DNA of 60,805 nucleotides from Candidatus Omnitrophota bacterium (GTDB lineage Bacteria; Omnitrophota; Gorgyraeia; Gygaellales; UBA12090): NCBI GenBank assembly GCA_030674475.1, contig JAUSCZ010000037.1, positions 1 to 60,805 of the forward strand, read 5' to 3'. Shown piece by piece: positions 18,962 to 26,772 of this stretch (position 1 is its first letter; each line of letters starts with the position of its first letter). The notes under the pieces were generated by a model. It saw only the letters and a program-made list of their open reading frames with translations, ran no database searches and was not told where the DNA came from. The position numbers and the translations under genes were made by a program.

Positions 18962-19113
18962 ACGCAATCGAGGAAAGCTTACTTTTGGTGTTTATTCCTA
19001 TGATTCCTATGCAGGATATTTAGGCTCTGCCTGGTTTATATCTTTTTCTTGTTATTTTGTGGGAAATTTGGAAATTCTTCATTTGGCAGGAGCATTGGAA
19101 GGGTTTGTCTGAA

Positions 19114-19518
19114 CTATAAATAAGGAAGCCAGGCAATTTTAATCTCGTTTTCTACGGTTTTAAACTCTTTATCTCCCGTTATAATTTCCCCTTTATGAAG
19201 CTTTGCTAAGGCCGCGGCAAAACAGTCAGCATATGACATTTTGTGATTGGCTTTAAACCGGGCGGCTTCTTTGGCAAGCTGTATATCCACATCAATTATC
19301 TCGATAGGCAAAGTCCTGATTATTTTCTCTATTTCATGGGCTTTGTCTTGTCCGCACTCACGTAAAACAATATAGTAGACTTCCCCGAAATTTACCGATG
19401 CCATTAATAAATGCTCATCTTTTTCTACCGCCGCGACAAAAAATTGTTCAACTTTTCCATGCCCAGCCTCTTTTTCTAAGAAAACCAATAGGCCGTGCGC
19501 GTCTAAAACCCTTATCAT
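19114..19518 (-). CDS. vapC: VapC-family PIN toxin
   Basis: VLDAHGLL, VNFGEVYY, SYADCFAAALA, ITGDKEF. Confidence 0.9.
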   Translation of the reverse strand: MIRVLDAHGLLVFLEKEAGHGKVEQFFVAAVEKDEHLLMASVNFGEVYYIVLRECGQDKAHEIEKIIRTLPIEIIDVDIQLAKEAARFKANHKMSYADCFAAALAKLHKGEIITGDKEFKTVENEIKIAWLPYL

Positions 19519-19521
19519 TCG

Positions 19522-19764
19522 TTAGCCCTCTATTTTTTTATCTTTCTCTCGCTCCTCAATAAGCGCTTTTGATAGCTTTCCTTTTGTGGGCAAAACACCG
19601 GCAATTTTTTCAAAATAAGCCGGTGTAACTGCTTTAAGAATAAGTTCGTCTCCTTTTTCCTCAATATACAACTTCGTTCCTCTTTTGATATTGAGCCTGC
19701 GGCGTATTCTGGAAGGTATAACGATCTGTCCCTTGGAAGTTACAGTTGCGGTAGTCATTGCCAT
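19522..19764 (-). CDS. AbrB/MazE/SpoVT-family antitoxin
   Basis: VTSKGQIVIPSRIRRRLNIKRGTKL. Confidence 0.9.
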   Translation of the reverse strand: MAMTTATVTSKGQIVIPSRIRRRLNIKRGTKLYIEEKGDELILKAVTPAYFEKIAGVLPTKGKLSKALIEEREKDKKIEG

Positions 19765-19782
19765 CTCCCCCTTTCAACGAAA

Positions 19783-19811
19783 AGTATACCATATTCAATA
19801 TAGTATGTCAA
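19783..19811 (-). promoter_or_regulatory. Sigma70 promoter with overlapping palindromic operator
   Basis: TTGACA-17-TATACT. Imperfect palindrome ATACTATATT-G-AATATGGTAT in the spacer. Confidence 0.7.
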
Positions 19812-19903
19812 ATATTTAATTTCCTACTATATTAATAAAAACACTAACTTAAGTCACTGTATTTTCACTAACGAGACTAAGTTCATTACGACCGATTTTG
19901 GCT

Positions 19904-19993
19904 ATAAAACAAAAAACCTCCGCCAGCAAAATTATGCCGGCGAAGGTTTTAATTATTTTTTATGTGCCAGATTTGGTCCTTCTAACATAGCAC
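19904..19993 (-). ncRNA. Repeated leader/terminator element, copy 1 (putative structured RNA)
   Basis: GTGCTA..TGGCAC hairpin, A-rich linker, AAAACCTTCGCCGGC/GCTGGCGGAGGTTTT terminator. Homologous to 22363-22451 and 24191-24280. Confidence 0.6.
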
Positions 19994-20067
19994 TGTCTCA
20001 ATTGTCTACAGCATCTTATGCTATAAAATCGCGGCTCTACGAGGGTTTTTTTGGCGGCTGTAAAATT

Positions 20068-20370
20068 CTACACGCTATCCAGAAATTGTTTTATCTGGTC
20101 ATGGTTGCCGGCTAATACCGCAATGCAATTCTCGCCTTCTCGGCTTATAACTACACGGATATTTCCTTCGACGCCGGCTTCATAATAGGGCTTCCTTAAC
20201 TGTTTATAAAAAAATCGCGGGGCTATCTTTTGTGCTTCTTGTAGATTGCATCCGTTAGAGTAATAACCAGCTAAAGATTCAAGTATCAGTCCTGCTATTT
20301 TCCTTTGCTCATGACCAAGACGCTTAAGGCTTCTTTTAAAAGAAGGCCTGTAATAAAGGCGCAAAGGCAT
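20068..20370 (-). CDS. RelE/ParE-like putative toxin
   Basis: YRPSFKRSLKRL N-terminus, LAGNHDQIKQFL C-terminus. Lies downstream of an AbrB gene. Confidence 0.65.
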   Translation of the reverse strand: MPLRLYYRPSFKRSLKRLGHEQRKIAGLILESLAGYYSNGCNLQEAQKIAPRFFYKQLRKPYYEAGVEGNIRVVISREGENCIAVLAGNHDQIKQFLDSV

Positions 20371-20373
20371 TGA

Positions 20374-20631
20374 TTAGATTTCTCCTTTTTTTAGGTTAGC
20401 GATGAACCTCTTTGTCGCGCGCTTTTCTCTTCCCTTTTCCCTTGATGAAAGGGTATCTAATTTTGCGTATTCCTCATCGGTGAAATGCCTCTCCTTTGTC
20501 TCCAGAGGAATAAGCTCAATCCTCTTTTTAGAAAACTCCACCTCAAACATAGAGCCTTTTCCTAAACCCAAAACATTTGTGATCTTCTTAGGTATAGTTA
20601 TTTGATTCTTCGCTGTCATCGTAATTGTCAT
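20374..20631 (-). CDS. AbrB/MazE-family antitoxin
   Basis: MTAKNQITIPKKI...LGLGKGSMFEV. Promoter TTGACG-17-TATATT at 20653-20681. Confidence 0.85.
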   Translation of the reverse strand: MTITMTAKNQITIPKKITNVLGLGKGSMFEVEFSKKRIELIPLETKERHFTDEEYAKLDTLSSREKGREKRATKRFIANLKKGEI

Positions 20632-20797
20632 TCTTGTTCACCTCCTATAACAAATATACCATAAAGTAAGGAAATCGTCAATGGCGAAAGTAAGATGATG
20701 TTGAGTTGATATCTAAATTTTATCTTATTCTAAGGTTTAATTCAACAAAAACCTTTCAGAATTTTGCAATTTGAGACAGTTGAAAAAAGCCTTTTTC

Positions 20798-20877
20798 TGT
20801 TATTGCGGGCCCCGAAGCAATCTTCGACGGGGATTGCTTCGTTGCTTCGCTTCGCGGGGCGCTACCCGCAATGGGCA
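20798..20877. repeat. GTCATTGCG/GAAGCAATC-type palindromic element
   Basis: TGTTATTGCGGG..CGAAGCAATC..GATTGCTTCG..CCCGCAATGGGCA nested inverted repeats. Confidence 0.65.
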
Positions 20878-20880
20878 TAA

Positions 20881-21070
20881 AGGTTAAAAAGTGTTGCTAA
20901 AAAACCTAAAAAAAGACGATTTATTGACGAGCTCACGATAACTATTTACTTCGTTTATTGAACCGCTTGAAGAAACGAGCAAATCATATAGGCACTAAAA
21001 ATATAGGCTCCGTCAACAATTGTCGATTTTTTAGAGTAAAAATGGCTAAAATAGCAACACTTTTTAACCT
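20881..21070. mobile_element. 190-bp non-autonomous MITE-like element
   Basis: Perfect 19-bp terminal inverted repeats AGGTTAAAAAGTGTTGCTA / TAGCAACACTTTTTAACCT plus imperfect subterminal IRs. No transposase ORF. Confidence 0.8.
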
Positions 21071-21155
21071 CTAAGCCCGGGCTGACGGATACGGTTAGAA
21101 AATGAATGGATTGGATAATGCGAAAAATCCCTTCAGTAAGAGAAAACAAACACGC

Positions 21156-21434
21156 TTATGCAGGGACTACTGCTAACTTCAACCTGTATCCGATAGGCTC
21201 AAGGATATTCTCTATGGCATCCAGATTGGAAAACTCACCCTCTTCAATTTTGGAAATGTACTGTTGAGTTACACTGAGTTTTTTGGCGAGCTGCTCCTGG
21301 GATAATTTATGCTGGATACGGTATTCAATAATTTTCTTCGCCACCGCTGCTTTCTCCATGAGTAAATCGTAGCGAGCTTTAAAATCCGGGTTTCTTTTTA
21401 TTTTCTCCTTAATATAATCATCAGTTTTTCTCAT
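21156..21434 (-). CDS. XRE-family HTH antitoxin (HigA-like), now orphan
   Basis: LSQEQLAKKLSVTQQYISKIEEG, AGGAGG RBS. Follows a toxin remnant. Confidence 0.85.
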   Translation of the reverse strand: MRKTDDYIKEKIKRNPDFKARYDLLMEKAAVAKKIIEYRIQHKLSQEQLAKKLSVTQQYISKIEEGEFSNLDAIENILEPIGYRLKLAVVPA

Positions 21435-21449
21435 TGGTTTTTAGCCTCC

Positions 21450-21703
21450 TTACCTATTTTTCGTTAAAAAATCTTTTCTTCTTTCCTGAGCAAGCTCTAT
21501 TTCTTTTCGCGGGGCCTTCTGTGTCCCGTGCAACAATCCGGCAAGCCTTGCTAATTCCGCAAACAATTTCTCATTTGGCCGTATCGCTTTTTGGCAAACT
21601 TCGCAGCAAGATTAGCGACTTCCGTAAGATGTACATCCAGCATTTGCCACTCGCTTTGTGGTTTATTTTCTAAACTATGCGCGTAAAATTTTTGAGCGGT
21701 CAT
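21450..21703 (-). pseudogene. Fusion remnant: N-terminus of Cas3 HD nuclease joined to the C-terminus of a Gp49/HigB-type toxin
   Basis: MTAQKFYAHSLENKPQSEWQMLDVHLTEVANLAAKFAK, then a frameshift in the A5 run at 21588-21592, then AIRPNEKLFAELARLAGLLH|GTQKAPRKEIELAQERRKDFL. Promoter TTGACA-17-TATAGA at 21735-21763. Confidence 0.75.
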
Positions 21704-21809
21704 TTTTTATTCCCATGTGCCAGCATTATCTCTTTCTATAGCAATAAACGCGGCAACTGTCAAAATCTAACGGTTTTTAATTATAAAATAAGAAACTGAG
21801 CCAATTATG

Positions 21810-22328
21810 CTAATTCGCATGAAATCCTATCTTACGCTTTGGCAGGTCAAGAGGGGGCGCCATTAATTGTTTAATGGCCTCAAATATCATACGGATATCC
21901 CCCTCATGTTTCGACACCTTGCGTTCCAGTTCCGCCAGTTTTAAAGCAAGTTCCTTATGCGTAACGACCATCTTCCGCAGCAGAACAAATGCCCTTATAA
22001 TTTGGATGTTGACCCGGACGGCCCGCTTGCTTTTAAGAACGCTGGAAAGCATAGCAACCCCCTGTTCGGTAAAAGCATAGGGATTTGCTCGCCGGACACC
22101 TCCCCAACTTGAAGTCACAATTTGTGACTTCAAGTTTTTGAACTCCGCATCGTTTAAGTGAAACATAAAATCATTCGGAAACCGATCCTTATTCCGTTTA
22201 ACAGCTTGAATCAGCGCCCGGACTTCAACGCCATACAATTTCGCCAGATGCGGGCTAAGCATAACTTTATGCCCGCGAACCATAAAAATCTTATGCTGAA
22301 TCAACTCAACAGGAAATGCTTCTCTCAT
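21810..22328 (-). CDS. ORF6N-domain DNA-binding protein (antirepressor-like)
   Basis: RGHKVML...[57 protein letters not shown]. Confidence 0.92.
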   Translation of the reverse strand: MREAFPVELIQHKIFMVRGHKVMLSPHLAKLYGVEVRALIQAVKRNKDRFPNDFMFHLNDAEFKNLKSQIVTSSWGGVRRANPYAFTEQGVAMLSSVLKSKRAVRVNIQIIRAFVLLRKMVVTHKELALKLAELERKVSKHEGDIRMIFEAIKQLMAPPLDLPKRKIGFHAN

Positions 22329-22362
22329 TTTTTTCCTTATAACACTTTGTTTTTACTCTCTC

Positions 22363-22554
22363 ATAAACCAAAAAAACCTTCGCCGGCAAATATCGCCAAC
22401 GAAGGTTTTGATTATTTTAGAGTGCCAGATTTGCCCCTCCTAACATAGCACTATATTGGTCGTCTTTATGAACTCATTATATACCACAAAAATTAACCTT
22501 AGGTAAGCTATTTTTTTATTAGCGGCATAAATGCCGCCGCTACAATAACTCTGC
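22363..22554 (-). ncRNA. Repeated REP-promoter-leader-terminator element, copy 2
   Basis: REP at 22522-22543, TTACCT-17-TATATA promoter, GTGCTA..TGGCAC hairpin, then a terminator ending about 40 nt before the ORF6N ATG. Confidence 0.6.
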
Positions 22555-22652
22555 AACAGCTCTATTTATCGCATAAACAGGTTTAAGACGTTATCCACTA
22601 CGGTTTAAAATGGGAAGATGTAATCGGCGGGATACGACTCTCCTCTCATATG

Positions 22653-23015
22653 TTAATATTCGTAAGCCAGGCCTGATATATGAGCTTCATGTTTTAATTT
22701 AATATCTAATGTCCATAATACGGCTTCACTTAATATCGCGGAGGCCAGAAGATGAATATCAATCAAACCAAGTCCCTTACCTATTAAATTATTTCTTTCA
22801 ATGAATAACAAAACTTCCTCATTATCTAATAAATTAACTTTAGGGAGCGCGTTCAGCAGAGATAATATTTCAGCCCTGTTTTTAATATTTCCGCAGGCAA
22901 GCTCTCCAATAACGAATGGATGACAAGCTACCTCTCCATCATTCAGCAGCTGCTTAAGTTTAGAATTACCAGCGCGCAAATAGGAAACCCATATAGACGT
23001 ATCAACAAGAATCAT
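22653..23015 (-). CDS. vapC: VapC-family PIN toxin
   Basis: MILVDTSIW, HPFVIGELACG, GLGLIDIHLLASA, LWTLD. Confidence 0.92.
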   Translation of the reverse strand: MILVDTSIWVSYLRAGNSKLKQLLNDGEVACHPFVIGELACGNIKNRAEILSLLNALPKVNLLDNEEVLLFIERNNLIGKGLGLIDIHLLASAILSEAVLWTLDIKLKHEAHISGLAYEY

Positions 23016-23206
23016 TAATTGAGTCTCCTGCGTGGTATAATACGCATTTTTTTTTCCGTCCCTCCCAGTCTGGATAGTCTCTTACTGCTTTCCCGAGAGA
23101 TGAGAGCTTCTAACCCTAATCTAACTAAAGTAGTCTTCTCTTTTATACCGGTAAATTTAGACACTTTCCTAATCAGCTCATCTTCTATATTTAACGTTGT
23201 TCTCAT
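23015..23206 (-). CDS. vapB: VapB-family antitoxin
   Basis: MRTTLNIEDELI...TGIKEKT.LV..GLEALI.RES..RL..LGGTE. Promoter TTGACA-17-CATACT with three ATGCAT boxes at about 23232-23268. Confidence 0.88.
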   Translation of the reverse strand: MRTTLNIEDELIRKVSKFTGIKEKTTLVRLGLEALISRESSKRLSRLGGTEKKMRIIPRRRLN

Positions 23207-23286
23207 ATAGGGTTTCCTTTCATACAATATATATGCATTAGTATGCATTAAACATGCATACTTGTCAAGCCTTTTACTGTGAGCTG

Positions 23287-23370
23287 TTATTTAATTTTAA
23301 TGATTTTAATGATGTTGGTTTTTATATTCGTTCCGGCAAACCTGTCCAATCCTTGCTCGTCCTGGACCTA
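23287..23370 (-). pseudogene. Displaced copy of the 3' end of the radical SAM gene
   Basis: Encodes *VQDEQGLDRFAGTNIKTNII..., versus WVQDEQGLDRFAGVNIKTNL at 26832-26894. Confidence 0.85.
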
Positions 23371-23415
23371 GTTGTGTTTCCGGGCTTTTTCCCGACTCTG
23401 TCGGGAAAGTGGAAA

Positions 23416-23685
23416 CTATTTAAATAAATCAGAATGCGTGCCGGTCCTTACGAAAAATATATCCTCGGCTTCTATTTTGTAAATTAATAACCAATCCGGC
23501 TCTAGGTGACATTCTCTACATTCGTTAAAACTTCCTCCAAGTTTATGGTCTTTATTCTTAGCGGGGAGGCTCTTCTCTTCTATTAAAAGACATACTATTT
23601 CCTTTAACCTCTTTAAATATTTACCTCGCTTTTTGCCGCGCTTGACGTCTTTATTAAACTGTTTGGTATAAACAGGTGTAAGCAT
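23416..23685 (-). CDS. yafQ: YafQ-family mRNA interferase toxin
   Basis: YTKQFNKDVK, KDHKLGG, RECHLEPDWLLIY, RTGTHSDLF. Confidence 0.93.
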   Translation of the reverse strand: MLTPVYTKQFNKDVKRGKKRGKYLKRLKEIVCLLIEEKSLPAKNKDHKLGGSFNECRECHLEPDWLLIYKIEAEDIFFVRTGTHSDLFK

Positions 23686-23690
23686 TATAT

Positions 23691-23951
23691 TTAAATTTCC
23701 AGCCTTTCAAACATATCATTTGTATTTTTACACTTAGTTAGCCCGCGGCGTTTCCCAGCATCTTTTATAGCCTTCAAAGTCACCTCATTAGGAATTTTTA
23801 CCTCGAAAGGCAATCCTTCCCGTAAACTTACTTGCCTAAAAAACAAATTAATAGCCTCGCTTGAAGATAGTCCCAAAATATGGAAAATCTTTTCTACTTT
23901 ATTTTTTAAATGAGGCTCTGTCCTTGCTCTTATCATTGCTGTTTTAGCCAT
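23691..23951 (-). CDS. dinJ: RelB/DinJ-family antitoxin
   Basis: MAKTAMIRAR..P.LK, LGLSSSEAINLF, GLPFEVKIPN. Promoter TTGACT-17-TACAAT at 23998-24026. Confidence 0.92.
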   Translation of the reverse strand: MAKTAMIRARTEPHLKNKVEKIFHILGLSSSEAINLFFRQVSLREGLPFEVKIPNEVTLKAIKDAGKRRGLTKCKNTNDMFERLEI

Positions 23952-23970
23952 ATATTTGTCCTCCCGCTTG

Positions 23971-24153
23971 TTAACAGATTAATAATTCACTAAGTAAATT
24001 GTATCTCATTTGTGGAACAAAGTCAAGTTCTTTTTTAAGTTCTTTCCCGAGTTTGCAGCAATATGGCAACCATGAGTGATATGCAGTGGGGATTTTACAG
24101 GAAAAATCGCATAATGCCGCATTCCGTACTTTTTTCTTTTGGGACTTTTCCAT
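23971..24153 (-). CDS. Small Cys-containing ORF, possibly a truncated remnant
   Basis: AGAGGG RBS then MEKSQKKK...LCDFSC...PYCCKLGK. Its 3' end runs through the dinJ promoter. Confidence 0.35.
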   Translation of the reverse strand: MEKSQKKKVRNAALCDFSCKIPTAYHSWLPYCCKLGKELKKELDFVPQMRYNLLSELLIC

Positions 24154-24190
24154 AATTAATACCCTCTTATGCAACAACTAAAATCCGCGT

Positions 24191-24384
24191 ATAAAACAAA
24201 AAACCTCCGCCGGCAAAATTCTATCGGCGAAGGTTTTCATTATTTTTTATGTGCCAGATTTAGTCCTTCTAACATAGCACCGTATTCGTCATCTTTATTA
24301 AATCATTTTTTACCATAAAAATCAATCATAGGCAAGCAATTTCTTTATTGGCGGCATAAATGCCGCCGCTACAATAGCTCTGCC
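24191..24384 (-). ncRNA. Repeated REP-promoter-leader-terminator element, copy 3
   Basis: REP at 24351-24372, TTGCCT-17-TAAAAA promoter, hairpin and terminator homologous to copies 1 and 2. Confidence 0.6.
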
Positions 24385-24398
24385 ATTCGCTTGCATCC

Positions 24399-24800
24399 TT
24401 ACGGTTTCAACCGTTTGATTTCCTTGATACGGTCAAAATGCTTATCGTAAGAATAAATGGAATTAATGCCTTTATGGAGCATAATCGCGGCATTGTAGGC
24501 ATCAATGAAATCTATGTTATGTGTCTCAAATATATCTAAGGCAGAAAGAATAATTTTTCCATCGTCAATATGGATATGAGGAGTATTTATTATCTTCTGA
24601 ATGCCTTCAATTACCTTAACTCTGGCAAATTTGTATTCTGAGGATAATACCCAGATGGCCTCAGCGAGTACTAATATATTTGTAAAAAGTATCTCTTTGC
24701 CTTCTGTTACATTTTTAAAAAGGCGATGGCATTTTAATGCTTCAGAAGGGATGTCGCTGGTTAGATATCTTAATATTATATTGGTATCCAGGAATTTCAT
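24399..24800 (-). CDS. vapC: VapC-family PIN toxin
   Basis: FLDTNIILRYL, VLAEAIWVL, IDFIDAY, YSYDKHFD. Confidence 0.92.
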   Translation of the reverse strand: MKFLDTNIILRYLTSDIPSEALKCHRLFKNVTEGKEILFTNILVLAEAIWVLSSEYKFARVKVIEGIQKIINTPHIHIDDGKIILSALDIFETHNIDFIDAYNAAIMLHKGINSIYSYDKHFDRIKEIKRLKP

Positions 24801-25051
24801 CAGGACATTTCTTTTATTGTTTTCCCGGCTATTTCTTTTTCCATTTTTACTCTTAGTTTTTCAAAGCTGATTTTTGCTTTTACCGGAAATGTGCCTTTGA
24901 TGTCCAGGATTGTTCCTGCCACCGGCTTTATAATTATTCTGTTTCCCTCCGGCTTAAAAAGCAGCCTGTCGTGGGTCTTCAGATGGAATTTATCCCGTAT
25001 TTCTTTAGGGATAGTTATCTGGCCCTTAGAAGTGATTGTTGAAGCAATCAT
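24800..25051 (-). CDS. AbrB/MazE-family antitoxin
   Basis: STITSKGQITIPKEIRDKFHLKTHD. Confidence 0.9.
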   Translation of the reverse strand: MIASTITSKGQITIPKEIRDKFHLKTHDRLLFKPEGNRIIIKPVAGTILDIKGTFPVKAKISFEKLRVKMEKEIAGKTIKEMS

Positions 25052-25077
25052 AGCATACCCCTCCTTACTTTTTGACT

Positions 25078-25115
25078 AATGTAAGAAATATACTATAATT
25101 CTTACATTTTGTCAA
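25078..25115 (-). promoter_or_regulatory. Sigma70 promoter with perfect 10-bp inverted-repeat operator
   Basis: TTGACA-17-TATATT. AATGTAAGAA-11 nt-TTCTTACATT. Confidence 0.75.
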
Positions 25116-25137
25116 TGGTAATCTTTATTTTTTATTA

Positions 25138-25159
25138 GCGGCATAAATGCCGCCGCTAC
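25138..25159 (-). repeat. GTAG-type REP
   Basis: GTAG-CG-GCGGCAT-TT-ATGCCGC, identical to 22522-22543 and 24351-24372. Confidence 0.8.
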
Positions 25160-25181
25160 CTGACGTATTATTGGGATTGGG

Positions 25182-26750
25182 TTACTCCTTGGCAATTTTC
25201 ATCTCTAATATCCTGTCCACCCGGAAAACCCGGTCTTCTTTACGCTGGAGGCAAAATGCCTCTAATCCCGTAAACTCCTTGTCAAGATAGGACATAGTTC
25301 CTACGCGCCGCGGCTTAATCTGACGGCGGGTTTTTTCATCGCTTGCCTTAAGATAGGTTATCTGAAGGCAGAGTTTATGGGTTATTGCCTCTTTAATCAT
25401 ACTTAGCTTATCCTCAAAAGGCATATCCCGTTCGGAAAGGGCATACTGGTGGCAGGTAACAAACCGAACTACGCGCCTGTCCATAAGGATGTCGGATTTT
25501 CTTAAGGGCCGGACAAGCGATATTCCTTCAAATGACCGGCAACGGCTTAATGCCACATAGGTCTGGCCGTGGGCAAAGGCGCCTCGGCCCATATCAATAA
25601 TCACCCGGTCAAAAGTCTTGCCCTGGCTTTTATGGATGGTAATCGCCCAGGCAAGTTTTAAGGGATACTGGGTAAAGGAACCTACGGTTTCGGCCTCAAT
25701 CATTGAGGTTTTTTCATCAAAGCTGAAATGAAATATCTCCCAGCTAAAGGGTAAGATTTCCTCAATATTCCCTTCAGCTAACCTGACAGAGACCGATTCC
25801 GCGTTTATCTCCCGGTTAAATTTTATCTGGGTAATCTCACCCAGAGAACCGTTAACCCACCTTCCCGTGGTATCATTGTTAAGCAGCATCACCTGCGCGC
25901 CAACAGCCAGGCGTAACGCGGAATCCGTGGGATAAGAATATTCCTTAAAGTCTCCCTCTATTTTCGCGCTATAGGTGTGTATCTTGGTTTTAAGCCTGTT
26001 GAGATGCTCCGCGTTAATCTCGGCGGCAGTTTTATTGGTAGTGCCCAGGTGTACTGTATAGCCGGAATTTACGCCTGCCGCGACATCCGCGCCTACCCGC
26101 CTGTTTAACAACGTTAAATCTTCATCAGTGACGGAATTGTTGCGAATGGCGTTAAGAAGTCTGATAAATTTTTCATCTTTCTGGCGGTAGATTTTTTCCA
26201 GCTCAATAAACTCCATAGGGAATTCCTGGAATACCGCCGCGTCAAAAAAATACTGGCTTTGGTAGTGGGAGCGAAAGATATCTTTTTCTCTTGAGGTTAC
26301 TACCGGAGGCAGTTGGTAGAGGTCGCCGATAAATATCATCTGGATGCCGCCAAAGGGCTGGCGGGAATCCCCGGCATTAAGCCTCAGGAATTTATCCACG
26401 CAATCAAGCAGATCCGCCCTGACCATTGATACCTCATCAATGATAACGGAGTCTATTTCCTTAAAGATGCGCCCCCTTTTGCCGCTAAGCTTCTTGATTT
26501 TTTGCAGGGTAATGTCCGGCTTAAAGCGGAAAAAGGAGTGTATAGTTTCCCCCTTTACGTTAAGGGCGGCCACTCCGGTAGGAGCCAGGACAACCACTTT
26601 CTTATCCGTATGGCTCCGGAAATAATCCAAGAGCGTGGATTTGCCGGTGCCGGCTTTTCCGGTAACAAAAACGTTCTTAGAGGTATGCTCCATTGCCTCC
26701 AGAGCTTTTTTAAACTCCGCGTTTATTTCAATATGGTTATTAGATGCCAT
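25182..26750 (-). CDS. Pif1-family SF1B helicase fused to a C-terminal WYL domain
   Basis: GKAGTGKS, LAPTGVAA, IIDEVSMV, GDLYQLPPV, QYPLKLAWAITIHKSQGKT, YVALSR. C-terminal I.Y......RRQIKP...EAFCLQRKEDRVFRVDRI (WYL pattern). Confidence 0.88.
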   Translation of the reverse strand: MASNNHIEINAEFKKALEAMEHTSKNVFVTGKAGTGKSTLLDYFRSHTDKKVVVLAPTGVAALNVKGETIHSFFRFKPDITLQKIKKLSGKRGRIFKEIDSVIIDEVSMVRADLLDCVDKFLRLNAGDSRQPFGGIQMIFIGDLYQLPPVVTSREKDIFRSHYQSQYFFDAAVFQEFPMEFIELEKIYRQKDEKFIRLLNAIRNNSVTDEDLTLLNRRVGADVAAGVNSGYTVHLGTTNKTAAEINAEHLNRLKTKIHTYSAKIEGDFKEYSYPTDSALRLAVGAQVMLLNNDTTGRWVNGSLGEITQIKFNREINAESVSVRLAEGNIEEILPFSWEIFHFSFDEKTSMIEAETVGSFTQYPLKLAWAITIHKSQGKTFDRVIIDMGRGAFAHGQTYVALSRCRSFEGISLVRPLRKSDILMDRRVVRFVTCHQYALSERDMPFEDKLSMIKEAITHKLCLQITYLKASDEKTRRQIKPRRVGTMSYLDKEFTGLEAFCLQRKEDRVFRVDRILEMKIAKE

Positions 26751-26772
26751 TTGCGTTTATAACCGGTTATTA

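Noticed and set aside
19950-19993. preQ1-I riboswitch (hairpin followed by AUAAAAAAUAA)
   Set aside because: The loop is 18 nt and lacks the conserved ligand-binding pattern, the tail is not conserved in copy 2, and no queuosine genes are nearby.
19999-20026. Additional dif-like 28-mer CAATTGTCTAC-AGCATC-TTATGCTATAA
   Set aside because: Only about 15/28 identity in AT-rich DNA, and it overlaps a decayed REP. Compatible with chance.
21706-21727. Fourth copy of the leader element (CTGGCACAT upstream of the cas3 remnant)
   Set aside because: Only about 9 nt are shared. The 5' stem and terminator are absent.
19904-24280. Repeated element as integron attC sites (contains CTAAC)
   Set aside because: No matching GTTRRRY core at a consistent distance, no long imperfect palindrome spanning the R boxes, and no intI in the window.
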